Shown here in pieces: positions 27,210 through 41,062 of a stretch of 64,000 bases of DNA. Source of the stretch: Octopus vulgaris. Its lineage: Eukaryota. The notes beneath the pieces are model-generated. The model had not been told where the DNA came from, ran no database searches, and saw only the letters and a list, made by a program, of their open reading frames with translations. How positions within the stretch are numbered: position 1 is the first letter of the stretch; every line of letters begins with the position of its first letter. The translations under genes and the position numbers were made by a program. The stretch lies in contig OX597825.1 of assembly GCA_951406725.2 (NCBI GenBank), positions 85,808,001-85,872,000 on the forward strand, in the 5' to 3' direction.

Positions 27210-29491
27210 ACACCTTCACTTCTTCCCTCCCCATCACAATGTAGACTTAGGTTTCCTTAATTACGAATGATTTGAAAAAAGTAAAATTATAAAATGGAAG
27301 ACGAAACAATATTGACATCACCGATTTTTTCCGTTATGCTAAATAAGATTGTTTAAATGAAACATCGAACTTGGATGGCTGAATTGCTTGCCGGCTGGCT
27401 GGCTGGCTGGCTGGCTCTCAGCATCAATAGATTTAAAGTTTTGATTCCTCTTTCACCTTCTCTTTTCCTTGATTTGAAAATATTTGATGTTTTCTCTTGT
27501 ATAGCTTTGAATCTGAATTAGGTGAGTGAAATAATATTTAGAGAACTAATGGAGGACTTCCGGTCCTATATGGCGTCTCGTTTTATGATGTTGGATAAAT
27601 GAAGTAAATATTTCGTAGACGAAGGAGACGCTGGGGGGGTAACTCTTGTTCTGTAGACACACAACTATAAACGCACACGCGCACACACACATACACGCGC
27701 GTGCACACACGCATACACGCATGCACACATGCACACGCAGTGTGTGCGTCATACACGCCATTTTACATTCAAGTTATGTCTGCTTCTTTGATGGAATACA
27801 AACACATGAAGGGTGGAACGCATTTCGCCATTCCAATTGATAACAGAAAACGAAAATGAACCAAAACAAATCATAGAAATGTAAATGGTTGAGTTTTTAA
27901 TGGAAGCGAAACCTGAACAGGTCGTAATTTCGAGAAATAGCCATAAAGAAAAATGGTTAAAAAAAGTGAAGAACAAGCAGGGGAAAAAAATAAGAAAGGA
28001 ACCAGTTTGGTTTAAATGTTTGCATGGCTTTGGTCACACAAATTTATTTGACGAACGGTAAATGTTCGGTCGACTAATCGAAGTCTGTTGGTTTTATAAC
28101 TGAAAGGAAAATTATTTACATCGGACAATAAAGTTGTTTGTTGAGGAAAATAAATAAAAGTGATTCAATCGTTTTCAAGATGGAGTGTTTCTTTTATTCA
28201 TGGACTGAGTTTGTGAAGAAGGATTGATACACTGAAACAGGGCGCTCTGAATGGGTGGAGAGAGTAGAATTGTTGGAAGGTGTCATTGTTCAGACATTGA
28301 GAAATTTAAAGTTTGCAGAATGGAAAATATTTACTAGGATTGAAATGATGTGGTTTCATGTAAGGAGACAAAGTTTATTCTCCCACAAAACGCCATTTAA
28401 AACTATTTTTTTACTAAACTCACAGAACAGTTTTAGGAATTTACCATTAGTGGCGCTGAAAGTAGTCCAGTGTAATAATGATAATTATTTTATCGATCTA
28501 AGAAGGAATGAAAAGCTGAGTGGACCCAGGAGGATTATAAGCCCAAATGTAACAGATAGAAACTAAATACTCAACAACAGAAACTAACCATTTTATCTAA
28601 AAATTACCATTTTGGAATGGACAATAGTTATTGCTAACACAGTTATTATGGTTGATAACTAATCCTCCAGAGAAGCATCAGGATAACGATATAAACACTC
28701 GCTCTGAGTAGAGCAGGAGTTATCTTCCCGTGTCTCCATGTTACCTTTATGTAATTGAAGACACTTTGACACGAGTTTATGTGAGAAACAAAATCCAATA
28801 TTGTCGAACCTCCTGGTTTTGATTACAATAATTAATTAATTAAAATCTCTTCCTGTTCGAATGTGATAAACAGGACTCTTATGAGAGGAATAGTCTTAAA
28901 ATAATTGCGTATCTTTCTTTTGTTTCTCATACAACCACCAACTGTTTAAATTCGAGCATCAGTCTGAAGGCTATTATCGATATTCAATACCCACCTACAT
29001 TTCCGCCATGTTTACACATTACTGCTCTTTCATTGACACGAAGATAATGCCTGTCAAATGCTGAGCAGGGGACGGGGTGGGACTTCCCTTTGTATATCGA
29101 TATTTCAATCCCAATTAAAGAATTCATGTCGAAAAAGGAAAATAAGTGGAATGTTTTCAGGGATCAAGTAGAAAGGTGAGTCATAAATGAAAATCCATCC
29201 ACTTTTCCTGGCTAAATCAGTTCTAGTTGAAGTATGATAGTGATGAAGTTAAAATGGCTGAGTTAAATAAGCAATGGATCGAGTGTAAGATGGCCGCCAC
29301 ATAATAGGGAGACATACAGACATCGCCAACGGTTTTCGTGTATTTTTCCAAAATTAGATTTTTAATCTTCCAGTTTTGAACTCTGCTCGTTGTGAAGTCA
29401 TCTCTATGAAACAATGTTGTGTTTATCTTTGAATGCTACAACCAGAAACAATCAACTATCTAACCCAAAACAATTTCATTCTTACCACTTA

Positions 29492-29960
29492 TAGGTGCAG
29501 GCGTAGCTGTTTCGTGGGACGTTCGCTTCATAACCACAAGCTTCCGAGTTCATTCTCACTGCGTGGCACCTTGGCCAAATGTCTTCTGCTATAGCCTCGG
29601 GTCGGCCAAACCCTTCTGAGTGGATTTGATATACGGAAACTAAAAGGAGGCCGTTGTATATGTCTGTGTATGTATGAATATATATATATATGTAGTGATG
29701 GGGGACAAACGCAGACATAAAGATGCACATATATATATACATTTGTGTGTGTGTATGTGTGTGTATCTCTGTGTCTGTTTGTCCCCCGCCCCCACCACTG
29801 CTTGACAACTGGTGATGGTGTGTTTACGTGCCCGTAACTTAGCATTTCGGTAAAGGACACTGATAGAATAAGTACCAGGCTTTATAAAAGAGACGAAAAT
29901 ATTCTTGTATGTGGTGCCCCAGCATTTCTGCAGTTTGATGACTGAAACAAGAAGATAAAA
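29492..29960 (+). mobile_element. tRNA-derived SINE family C with internal microsatellite
   Basis: ggtgcaggcgtagctg...cactgcgtggcaccttggcc...atagcctcggg...cccgtaacttagc...cccagcat...gactgaaacaag. Reverse copies at 44020-44410 and 44455-44840. Confidence 0.8.
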
Positions 29961-30382
29961 TATACAAGATAATATAATAAAATAAGATGTTTTTGTGTTT
30001 CTGGCAATAAACGGTATTCATAAAACACCATCACAACCGTCTTCAATCGAAGAATAAAATTCAGATTTACCAAGAATATATTCATCTACGGCTACAAAGT
30101 GGAAAGCTACGATATGTAAGCATTGGGTGCATAATTCAGGCTTGGAATCTCTTCCACTTGCTGATGGTCTATTTACTGCCAATTGCGTCAACGAGTACAA
30201 CTTTGCCTGTATTTGGAGATAGGAATATTTCTGAAAATAAATGAGAAATATTTAATAGAAATATTTAATAGAATCTCTTCAAGTGCTCCATAGACAAGAG
30301 TTTAGAGCTGAATAAATTAATATAATGGTACCTTCACTGATTTGAAAACAGCTATTAAAAATACATTGGAATAAATATGTGC

Positions 30383-30439
<57 letters not shown>

Positions 30440-30515
30440 TATAAGTATGTATTTATACATGTATACGTATAGATAGATATATAAACACACACATACATAT
30501 ATACATATATATGTA

Positions 30516-30570
<55 letters not shown>

Positions 30571-30934
30571 TCGCATGCGCACACGCACATAGATATATGT
30601 ATAGTATGAGCGTGTACATACATACATGTAGATGGACATGCATATCTATAGCTAGATGTATGTATTTACGTATTCCGTGTGCGTGTGAGCGTTTGGACGC
30701 GTAGGAAGATAAAAATCGATAACGAAGATCTTAGTCCTTTTGAAACTCTGAAGAATATGGTTTTCCTCTCCAGACGAGCGAAATTTATTCTCCACAACCA
30801 AATATTTTATTTTTAGATCTTCTCTTCCATCCATTTGTGTATCTACTTGGTTGTATATCTCTATATCTAAATGTTCCGATATCTGTGAATATATCTTATT
30901 ATCTATCTACTAATCTAGCTATCTAGCTATTTAG

Positions 30935-30978
<44 letters not shown>

Positions 30979-31540
30979 TTATATAATCTTTTATTGGCTG
31001 AGAATATTACAAGAGATGCTGTATTCAATTTAGTATACATAAAAGAGCTTACAGCTTTGTTCCCTGGCAATTACTTTCGGATAAGTCTGAAAAATGCTTT
31101 GTAACGAAACTTCAGAGCTTTGTGTAACTCCCGTAGCATTCTCAGCAAATAAAAGCTAATATACGCTTAACGTGGTGACTTCTCTTTCTTCTCGTTTACA
31201 ATACGAAACGAACACATACGTACATATATAATTAAATGATATATATCTATATATATATATATATTCAGCATTTAATTATTTCTTTATTTCCTCCATTCTT
31301 CTTTTCTCTCTCCTCCCTTCCCTCCTTCTCTCCCATTCCACATCCACCCACCTACCCATGTCTCCTCCTCCCCCCTCTTACTCCCGCCATTTTGTTGTTG
31401 TTCAACATATTTTCCAATGATTTCTCTCTGTTACAGACTGTAACATTTTATTGTCTAAATATTGATTAGCATAGCGGAAAGCAATTTAATATAGTCTTCC
31501 AGACACCCCGACAGGCACACAGCCAGACGGATATATACAC

Positions 31541-31585
<45 letters not shown>

Positions 31586-31922
31586 TACATATACATACAC
31601 AGATATAGGTACACACACACACGCACACATATGTAACAATATGAATTTGTGTACTCATTCATCGAACTACCCTCCATACACAGCCACCAATACGGATATG
31701 GATAAGCACACACATATATACAGTGGCAAATATATATGTATATATGTATGTATATGTGTGTGTTAGAGAGGGAGAGTGTATGTGTGCATATATGTGTGTG
31801 TGTTGCATACGTCTATAATATATATGTATATATATATGCGTTAATGTGTGTGTGTTGCATACGTCTATACATATATATGTATATATATATGCGTTAATGT
31901 GTGTTGCATACGTCTATACATA

Positions 31923-31970
<48 letters not shown>

Positions 31971-32549
31971 CGTTAATGTGTGTGTGTATGTGTGTGTAAC
32001 GAATTCACATTTAGACGTAATTACACAAAGAATGCTATATATGGACATTTAGAGATTTATAAATTAAAGCATTAATTTGTAATAAACCAACTTTTTTAAT
32101 GTATATTGCATATATATTGCACACATAATACACGTACGTTTATACACTACATATATACGCATAAACATACATACATATATATCTGTGCGCGTGTGTGTGT
32201 GTACGTATGTATATACAAATATACATAATTTTATGATCTCCTTCAGACACAGTAATATTAATGGCGAGTTGTTAAAGCTTAGAACACCTATGATTTGCAG
32301 TAACGCGTAAGCGAGTACATAGCTTCAGATTAATCAATGAATGAAAGGGAACAAGAATTACGTAAGAATTAATTCATTAGCATAAACTTATACTTATATA
32401 TACAGAGAGAGAGAGGGGGGAGTTTAGAGAGAGGCAGATCAAAAATAACAGAAATGAAGAAAATAAACAGCGAAGACCTATTAGATGTACACAAATAAGG
32501 TATTAAATTGAGGCTCAGTGAAAATTTTAGACGAGAAAATAGGAGCACA

Positions 32550-32584
32550 AACGACATTTCGATCATGAATCTTCGTCGGATAGA
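32550..32584 (-). ncRNA. Degenerate minimal hammerhead motif
   Basis: Minus strand CCGACGA-a-gat-tcatg-atc-GAAAT-GTC. It has two core substitutions and a poor stem I. Confidence 0.3.
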
Positions 32585-32640
32585 GGTAAAAGTCTTGAGA
32601 AGAAAAGGTGGAATGAGAAGATAGTCCAGAGAAAATTATG

Positions 32641-32699
<59 letters not shown>

Positions 32700-32999
32700 T
32701 GACGTGTTGCTTAACTATGAGTTTGTAATACAGTTTGGCGCAAAAGTTACTTCGGAATGGCTGTTTTTGTAATACAATTAAACACTCTTTATCCTTTTTT
32801 TATTTTTTCGTTACATCTCCGTGCTTAATGGTGAAAATCCATTAGTTTTTCACTAAATAATTGCACAGAATATAAACCGAATAAATAATTACAAAAGTAA
32901 TTAACCTTTATTTAAATGAGATCTGATCTTAACGCTCGGCCAAAATATTTCCTGATGGTAGCATTTGGATTCAGTTTACCAAAATTTGTTAATATCACG

Positions 33000-33890
33000 C
33001 AGCGCTGAGCTGGCAGAAACGTTAGCACGCTGGGCGAAATGTTTACCAGTATTTCGTCTGTCTTTACGTTCTGAGTTCAAATTCCGCTGAGGTCGACTTT
33101 GCCTTTCATATTTTCGGGGTCGATAAATTAAGTACCAGTTGCGTGCTGGGGTCGATAAACTCGACTGGCCTCTTCCCCAAAAATTTCGAGCGCTGCTTAA
33201 GACGGTGAGCTGGCAGAATCGTTAGCACACTGGGTAGAGTTTAAATGACATTTTGTCCATCTTCACGGTCACAGTTCAAATTCCGCTGAGGTCGACTTTA
33301 CATTTCCTTTCAGGATCGCTAAAATAAGTACTGGTCATGTACCAGGGTCGAGGTAATCGATTTACCCCTCCCCCGAAATTGCTGGCCTTGTGCCAAAATT
33401 TGAAACTAAAATTATTCAGTGATGTTTCCGGTTCTTTATATTATGAGTTCAAATTCGGCTGAGGTTGACTTCACTTTTCATCCTTTTAGGGTCGATAAAA
33501 TAAAGTACCAGTGAAATACTGCGATCATGTAATAAGTCTTCCCCCTCCCCTCAGTTTTATTTATCATTATTACACGGTGGTGTGTCCGGCTTTTTTTTTC
33601 TGAGTTCAACTTCCACTAAAACCAATATAGCTTTCCATCCATTTGAAATCGATAAAATAAAGGGATGAGATTAATGCTATCCACCAAGCCCTCCCCTCAA
33701 AATCACTAACTTTGGGCCCTAATTAGAAAAGATTTTATAATGGGTTCAAATCTTGTCAATGTCTTCTTTCTCTTTCATCTTCGGTGGTCTATAAAATACC
33801 AGTCATCTACTGGAGTCAATGCAATCGACTAACCCACCTACTCCTTTAAAAATCGAAGGTTTTGCGCTTAATCTGGAAGTAATTATTCCG
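33000..33890 (+). mobile_element. Tandem head-to-tail array of ~5 SINE family A units, increasingly diverged 3'-ward
   Basis: gagttcaaattccgctgaggtcgacttt-like motifs recur at ~33074, 33273, 33445, 33602 and 33742, each followed by ...cgataaaataagtaccag...cccctcccc variants. Confidence 0.8.
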
Positions 33891-36569
33891 TGATGTCTGC
33901 TCTTTCCATTCCCTCTTCGCCCTCCACCATCATCACCATCAAAACTACCACTATCACCACCATCACCACCACCAACACCACCACCACCACCAACACCACC
34001 ACCTGTCGCTTCGCTAACTATTTCTGTTGTTTCTGTTCAATAACTTAACAAGCGTATTAAACAAGTCTTCATGCTGATTTGGATTAAATGTTTGTTTGGA
34101 ACTGGAGAACTTCGACCAATATTTAAATTCTTTGATTGAATAAATTACGTGATAACTGCTGATCGAAAAGTTATTAAAGAATTCCCGGAAAGCCGACATC
34201 TCGTCAATTCATATCCGAAAAGAAATTATTGGTAATTATTTGTCACGAATGAAAAGAAGGAATTCCACTTGTAATAACAGTCTTCGAGAAAATCACTTTT
34301 AGTTGGAATTTCGATGAAAGTAGGAAGTCAAACTGTCCACTGTTTGGAATACAATATACGAACCTCTCGGCCCTTGTTTCCTTCTTGTAACTTTTCGGTC
34401 GATTCAAAAGCTCCATAAATATGTGTATATGTTTGTGTGTGTACCTGTACATATACATACACATATGTTTACACACATATACATAAATATGTGTTTACAC
34501 AAATATACATATATATATATGCTTACACACACATATACATACATATATATAATTTTTACACACATACATGTACATATGTTTACAAGAAAAAGGGTGAAAT
34601 TTACTTGACAGATTCGATTTACCAATCTCCGTCAGATTGTGATATATTTAGGTTTATCTTGGCTTTATATAGTCGGTGGTTAATTAAACAGTCTGAAGTA
34701 GATTGAGCAGTGTGAGGTGTAAATTAAGTTTTGTGTATGTACGTCTGAGAAAAAGATGCAAAGATGAGGTCATAAAAGAATGTGGGAAAAAGTATGTTTC
34801 TAGGGTAAGTTCTAATGAAAAGATATTATTAGAAGATATTTATTGTTTAACGTTGGAGTTGTGTTATTGTTCATCGTTCAGCCAAGCATGTAGAACTTTG
34901 TAATCAGGTGTGTCTCGTTTAAGTCATGAGATCGTTAGTATAAAAATATGGTTCTTGTTGTGATTTAGGGTTCACAAAATATGTGAGGGGGTGAAAAGAT
35001 TAGCCAACAATAGTATTTAACGTGTAGGGAAATAAAGTATCTAACATTGAGAAAAAATATTATAAACAGAAAGGGTTGTAATACGAATAAAATGGACCGA
35101 GTAACTCACAACGTCAGTCACGGATGTGTCTGGCAACTAAACACTCTTTATATCTTACCTTCACCCGTTATTGTTGATAATGATTTTGTTGGTCTTGTTG
35201 TTTTTTAGCCCTGGATTAACCTTAATTGATCACCAGCGTTCCAGCCGTAAACTTCCCGTCTTGGACTTTACCCAAAGTGTCCTTCCTTTCTTTAAGCGAT
35301 CTTGGCTAGATACGGCTGGTATTTCCAGCAGGTAGTGCGACTATATAGAGCCCACCTCGTTGAATTGTACCTATACACGTCGGTTTCCTTAGTAACTGCA
35401 ACTTACTGAAACACTAGGCAGTTTTACTATACTGACACTGCTTACTGCTAGCCTCAGTAACCACCTAATGATATCTACTTAGCGTTGGGTGGTCATGAAA
35501 TCTGAGAATTAAGTATCTTGGCGATGATCAGGGTGGAATTAGGGTAGCTGGGAATATTCCAATGCAAAGATATAAAATCTATCGATCACACATCTGTAAC
35601 CATCAACCTTTTCGCATGCTGATCCACAGCTTTTAATCTAGAAATAATCCTTGTAACAAATTTTGACATTTGGCACTTAATTCTTCTTCAATAATATAAT
35701 CAAAGACCGCAAATGTGTTTTAACTGCCGAACATAGCACAACCTGGTCCATTTCTAAATATTTGGCTCTAAAAACATCGCTCCATTAACAGAATGTATAT
35801 CGTATTGAAGAAATATTTCCATAAATAAAAAAAAAAAGAGCAAGTATTATCGAAAATGGTATCTGATCTCATGGAACCACTTGATGTATGGATGTGAGAG
35901 AAGAAGAGAAATGGCGAAGGAAAGTTTAAAGCGAAATCAAATACAGAAAGACCAAAGAAAAAGATGGCTATCTTATTGAGTATAATTTAGTGAGAAACTT
36001 GTGAGGAACTGGATTGGTTAACCAAATTTATAGCCAAAGTCACTTGATATCAACGGTAAACCGGAAATTGTGAAAGTTCCATGTTCGACCTGGAAAGATC
36101 GTCGGCAAAATAGATTACGACTAAAAGTGTTTGGAAGGGAAATAAGAAATAAAGGAAATGATTAAATGTAGCACGGTTCCCCATCCCCATCCCCCCTTTT
36201 TTATCATTTCTTTACACGTGCATCAGAACATGGAAAATGCATACACACACACACAGATATGCATAAATAAATAAACTGATATAAATATTATACATATGTA
36301 TTACATATATACATATATTAAATACAATATATATATACATATATATATACATGCACATATATATACATATATATATATGTATGTATGTAAATATACCTGC
36401 ACACATATGTAATATACATATGTAAATATACCTGCACACACACACACACACACACACATCTGAATATATCCAATTCAACTCGAAATTTTACAAAAATAAG
36501 TGAAAATTATTGGAAAAGTTGGTTTAAACAGTTTCCTGGATATCTGTGAAGATAAGAGAAAACAACGGT

Positions 36570-36970
36570 TTTTAATTCTGGCACTAGGCCAGCAATTTTG
36601 AATGGGGTGGGAAGTAGTTGGTACCATCGATCCCAGTAGTTGAACAGAATATTATTTTATCGATTCTCGACAGATGCAAAGCAAAGTCAACTTCGGAAGA
36701 ACTTGAATTCAGAACTTAAGAGTCACGCAACTGAATACTGCAAAGTGCTTTTCTCCGATAGCAGAATCGGTTCCAGCATCTGATAAATGCTTGGAGGCGT
36801 TTGTTTTATTTTCATCTCTTTACGTTCTGAGTTCCAACCCAACCGAGGTCAAATTCGCCTTTCATGCTTTCGGGGTAATAAATTAAGTACCAGTAAAACA
36901 CTTGAGTCGACGTAATCGACTAGTCCCCTCCCCTCAAATTTCAGGCTTTGTGCCTTTAGTAGAAAGGATT
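36570..36970. mobile_element. Two SINE family A copies back-to-back (- then +)
   Basis: gcaaagtcaacttcggaagaacttgaattcagaac (-) and ttacgttctgagttccaacccaaccgaggtc...ttcaggctttgtgcctttagtagaaagg (+). Confidence 0.7.
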
Positions 36971-38018
36971 ATTATTACTATTAAAAGAAGCAAACTGGTT
37001 TGGCTTCGCTGGAAGTGTTGACTCATAAAAAAACAACATTACTTTCGTCAGATCGAGTCTGGTTTTTGACGTCTTCCTTCCTTCCATGTCAAATAAAGAT
37101 TTCACTGCTACACAACCTATAATAGTTGGCTGATGCCGCAGGATTAAGTTAATCTTTTTAGCTTTCAACAATGTTTTATTTCAATCTAATTTTCAACATA
37201 CTTGTGTTTAATCTTTTTTTGTTACAGATTAATATGAATTCATCACGAAGAAGCGACAAAAACAATTTTAATAAATTTTGTAACATTTGTGGTCAGTACG
37301 TTGCATAAACAAAGGAAGAATCTTCTGGAGTTTCCTTTGATATAGAAAGCTCCAAAAACTTATGAACTCTTGGGGTCAAAACATTGCTTTGCTTGACGTC
37401 CTCGCGTGGCCCTTGTGTGCCTCTAGCTTAGCACACTCTGGTAACTAGGTTTCGCATCACATGTCTAGTCTGAATATAAAATATTCTCCTTTCCTCTTAC
37501 TGTTATCTGGGACACGGTAAAAGAACCCACACCTAGTTAAAGGTACCAAAACCACATCAGAAATATGGAGAAAGGGAGAGATGATATGAAGAAAGCGGAG
37601 GAGGAGAACGGTAGGAAGAGCAGGGGAAGGGGAGAGGAAGGAGGGTAGGGATGGTGATGAAGGTGGGGCTAGGACTGGTGGTGAAGATAATGATGGTGAT
37701 GGCTATGATGATGATGATGAAGATGATGATGATGACGTCGATGATGATGATGATGATGATGACGATGGTGATGGAAGTGGTGATGGTGGTTGAAATGTAA
37801 CAATGTAACAATAGAATGAAAAAAGACGTAACTAACACAAAAGCGAAGATTGAAAGGTGGATAAAAGGAGAGAAGATGAGAGACAGACATAGGAAGGAAG
37901 AAAGGAAGAACGGAAGAAAGAAAGAAAGAAAGAATGAATGAAAGCCAGGTGGAGTGAAATAGCGTGTACGAGACGAGAATCTACCGATAGAGACATAATG
38001 AGAATGAGTGATTCTATT

Positions 38019-38142
<124 letters not shown>

Positions 38143-38161
38143 ATATATGCATATGTAATGT

Positions 38162-38195
<34 letters not shown>

Positions 38196-38575
38196 GTACA
38201 GACATACATTACATATATATGTGTATATGTATATATATATATATATTTGTGCGTATGTGTGTATATGGGCAAAGTTAATTAGCTGTCAATATTCAATAAT
38301 GCCACTCTAGTCCCCACCATCCTGCAAGCACGAACCCCTTAACCGTCCACCATGCCCACCCCTACCTACACGCACGGATAAAACCTCTCTTTGTTGGATG
38401 TTGTTGAATGTGACCAATGGAGTCGAGAGGATGAGAGTAATTTGTCACGCTATCACGAATGGCAAACAAACGAAGAACTTTTAGAATCAGTTCCACGATA
38501 ACGAGATCATCGCCATCATCATGATCATCATCATAATCATCATCAGCAGCAGTAGCAACGTCATTAGTATTATTA

Positions 38576-38630
<55 letters not shown>

Positions 38631-38639
38631 AACAAAAAT

Positions 38640-38860
38640 AATTGCTTCCAATTTAAGCCCAATGTCAGCAATTTCGAGAGGATGTCGTTAGTGAATTACA
38701 TTGATCGCAGAACTCGAGTTGTACTTATTTTATCGATCACCGATGTGATGAAAGGCAAAGTCGACATCAGTGGACTTTCAACACAGAACGTGAAGGCGGA
38801 TGAAATACCGTTAAGCAGTTTGTCCGGCGTGGTAACCATTTTGCCAGTTCGCCGCCTTAA
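38640..38860 (-). mobile_element. SINE family A copy
   Basis: gatgaaaggcaaagtcgacatcag...cagaacgtgaaggcggatgaaataccg...gccagttcgccgcc. Confidence 0.75.
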
Positions 38861-38911
38861 TAATAATTATCATTATTAATGTTATTGTTTTTATTGCTCT
38901 TGTTATTGTTA

Positions 38912-39395
38912 TTGAGTGAGAGAGCAGTGCATGCCATCAAAGTGACACTGGGGTAAAATATACGAAGCCCAGTATACCCATCATGACTACCCCTCTGATA
39001 AGGGTACACTAGGAACATGCATCACAACCATATGTGTGAGACATGGTGATCTCATATCAAGATAAACAGCGCATGACCTTGCAGGTGGGGCCCAGTTAGA
39101 ATTTTCTTCTGGTCGAGCAACCCATCCCGCTCAAAAGGTCCCTGAATAAGGGTTGTTAAGGATGTTGAACGAAACACCCATGCATCCGGAGGTGAATTAT
39201 CCAAACCCCAAAGAATTCCTCTCAACGCATGGCTATGGTGCTCCTCCACTACTTCTGCTCGTGATCAGAGATGCACACATCGTCAGCCACTAAGGGACAT
39301 GCTCAACTGACAAGCAACTGACAAGCAAATGTTTGATATTGAGCAGAATATTTACTGTAGCCCATCTTTTATACCAAGACAAAGCAATGTACATG
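38912..39395 (+). mobile_element. Non-coding dispersed repeat family D inserted in (TAA)n
   Basis: gtgagagagcagtgcatgccatcaaa...catgaccttgcaggtggggcccagttagaattttctt. A reverse copy lies at 49640-50106, and both abut TTA repeats. Confidence 0.8.
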
Positions 39396-39450
<55 letters not shown>

Positions 39451-39559
39451 GGATTGAGGTAACTCCTCCAGAAGATAAAGAGTTAAAATTAAAAGAAGAA
39501 TGCCATTGTCATCAAGTGAACGATATTTTGACATCTTGTTTGTCTTCAACAGGTTAAAA

Positions 39560-40590
39560 AAAATTTTACCCATTTTTTTTTTTTTTTTTTTTGCTGATTT
39601 CCTTCACTTCCCTAAATGAAATGACTAGTTCTGCCTGTTTTGGATGGACATACTAGTGTTTGATTCAGTTCTTGCAACCATTCAACATACTTTTTGTGCT
39701 CCTTGTCTTTGTTCCAGATGTCACTCCAAAACCTTTGACTTTCATTGTTATCTGGCATCAATGTTTCATCTGTACACTCTCCATGTGTTTCTTTGTAGAA
39801 TATCTTCTTATCTACTCTGAATACCCTATTCTGCTGGTATCCCTTCATTCTTTGGTCGTATCTTACCATCTTTGCTTCCTTTGCAACCAAGCGCTGTTTG
39901 AGTTCCTCCATTACCGCTTTCAGGCCCTTTCTTGTTCAGTGCCCTGTATTTTGGTTCGCTTTTAAGCTGCTGCTTCTCTTTTTGGTCTGTCACAGAAATG
40001 TCCTTCTAACCACACCTGTATTGTTCTTTTCTACCATGGAACTTTTCTGTTGTCAATCCCATTGTATGGATTTTTTTTTTGACATGAACACCCACATTTT
40101 CTGCTACAACAATTCTTGCTACATTGGTCTAATTATTTGTTTCTGTCATCTTTTCTTTTTTTTTTGTTCTGATGTATTTCAGAATTTCCTTCACATTTTT
40201 CGATTTTTTAGTTCAATTTCCACCGATCGACCTTTTTCAGGTTTCAAATAATGCCGCTATCGTTCTCCTGTAGCCTTGCCTTTATTCTGTCGTAGATTGC
40301 ATTTTGCCCCTCTGTCATGCCACCATTAGTGGTATTGTCTTCTTCCAAATGAGAGACATATAGATATATGTCTCTCATCAAACAAGTTATCACTGTTCCT
40401 TTCTTGCGGTTTATTAGAGATTTCACTTCTGTTTTCTGCTATAAGATTTCATTTATCAGTAGAAACTGTATTTTCATCGTTTCCTCTGCTGCTATTTTCC
40501 AATACTCATGACTTGATAGTTTCGAGCTCTACTCTGTGAACCAATGATTTTTTCTTATTGCTCTAGCTTGATCACATAATCTCTGTTCTA
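39560..40590 (-). pseudogene. N-terminal ORF region of an R4/Dong-like LINE, decayed
   Basis: EQRLCDQARAIRKNHWFTE...; EELKQRLVAKEAKMVRYDQRMKGYQQNRVFRVDKKIFY...FWSDIW. Confidence 0.75.
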
Positions 40591-40699
40591 TAAGTTGAAA
40601 CAGTCCTCTCTCTCTTTCCCTCTCTCTCTTTCCCTCTCTCTCTTTCCTTCTCTCTCTTTCCCTCTCTCTCTTTCTCTCTCTCTCTCGCTCGCTCTCTCC

Positions 40700-41062
40700 A
40701 TTGATACAAAAGTTGTGGTATCTTAAAGCAAAAACAATTCCTGTTATTGTAGGCCCTAGGTATGATAAAAAAAAGAGATGTCAGAAACATGTAAACAACA
40801 TCCCAGGAGAACCATGTCTCAAAGAAATCCAAAAGATTGTGCCGACAAGTACTGCCCACAACCTTAGGAAGAAAACCCTATCAATTTGAATGTCTGTGTT
40901 GTATCACATGGATATATTTCACCCCTGCTTTTGCCACTTCCCCTCCTCAAGCTTTCAGTTATACTGTAACATCTCTTATCCTTCACTTGCCCTAGGTTGT
41001 GTCTCGGCAAGTGATTGCAACAAATATGCAGATTAAAAGTACATAACAATAATAACAATAAT
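40700..41062 (+). pseudogene. 3' end of an R4/Dong-like LINE with (TAA)-like tail
   Basis: IQKLWYLKAKTIPVIVG...KEIQKIV...TAHNLRK, then a UTR and an ataacaataataacaataat tail. Confidence 0.75.

Noticed and set aside
30739-30795. CTGAAGA...CGAAA hammerhead candidate
   Set aside because: Stems are unconvincing by eye, so it could be a chance match.
34620-35100. Possible retroelement coding relic
   Set aside because: No motif could be recovered by manual translation.
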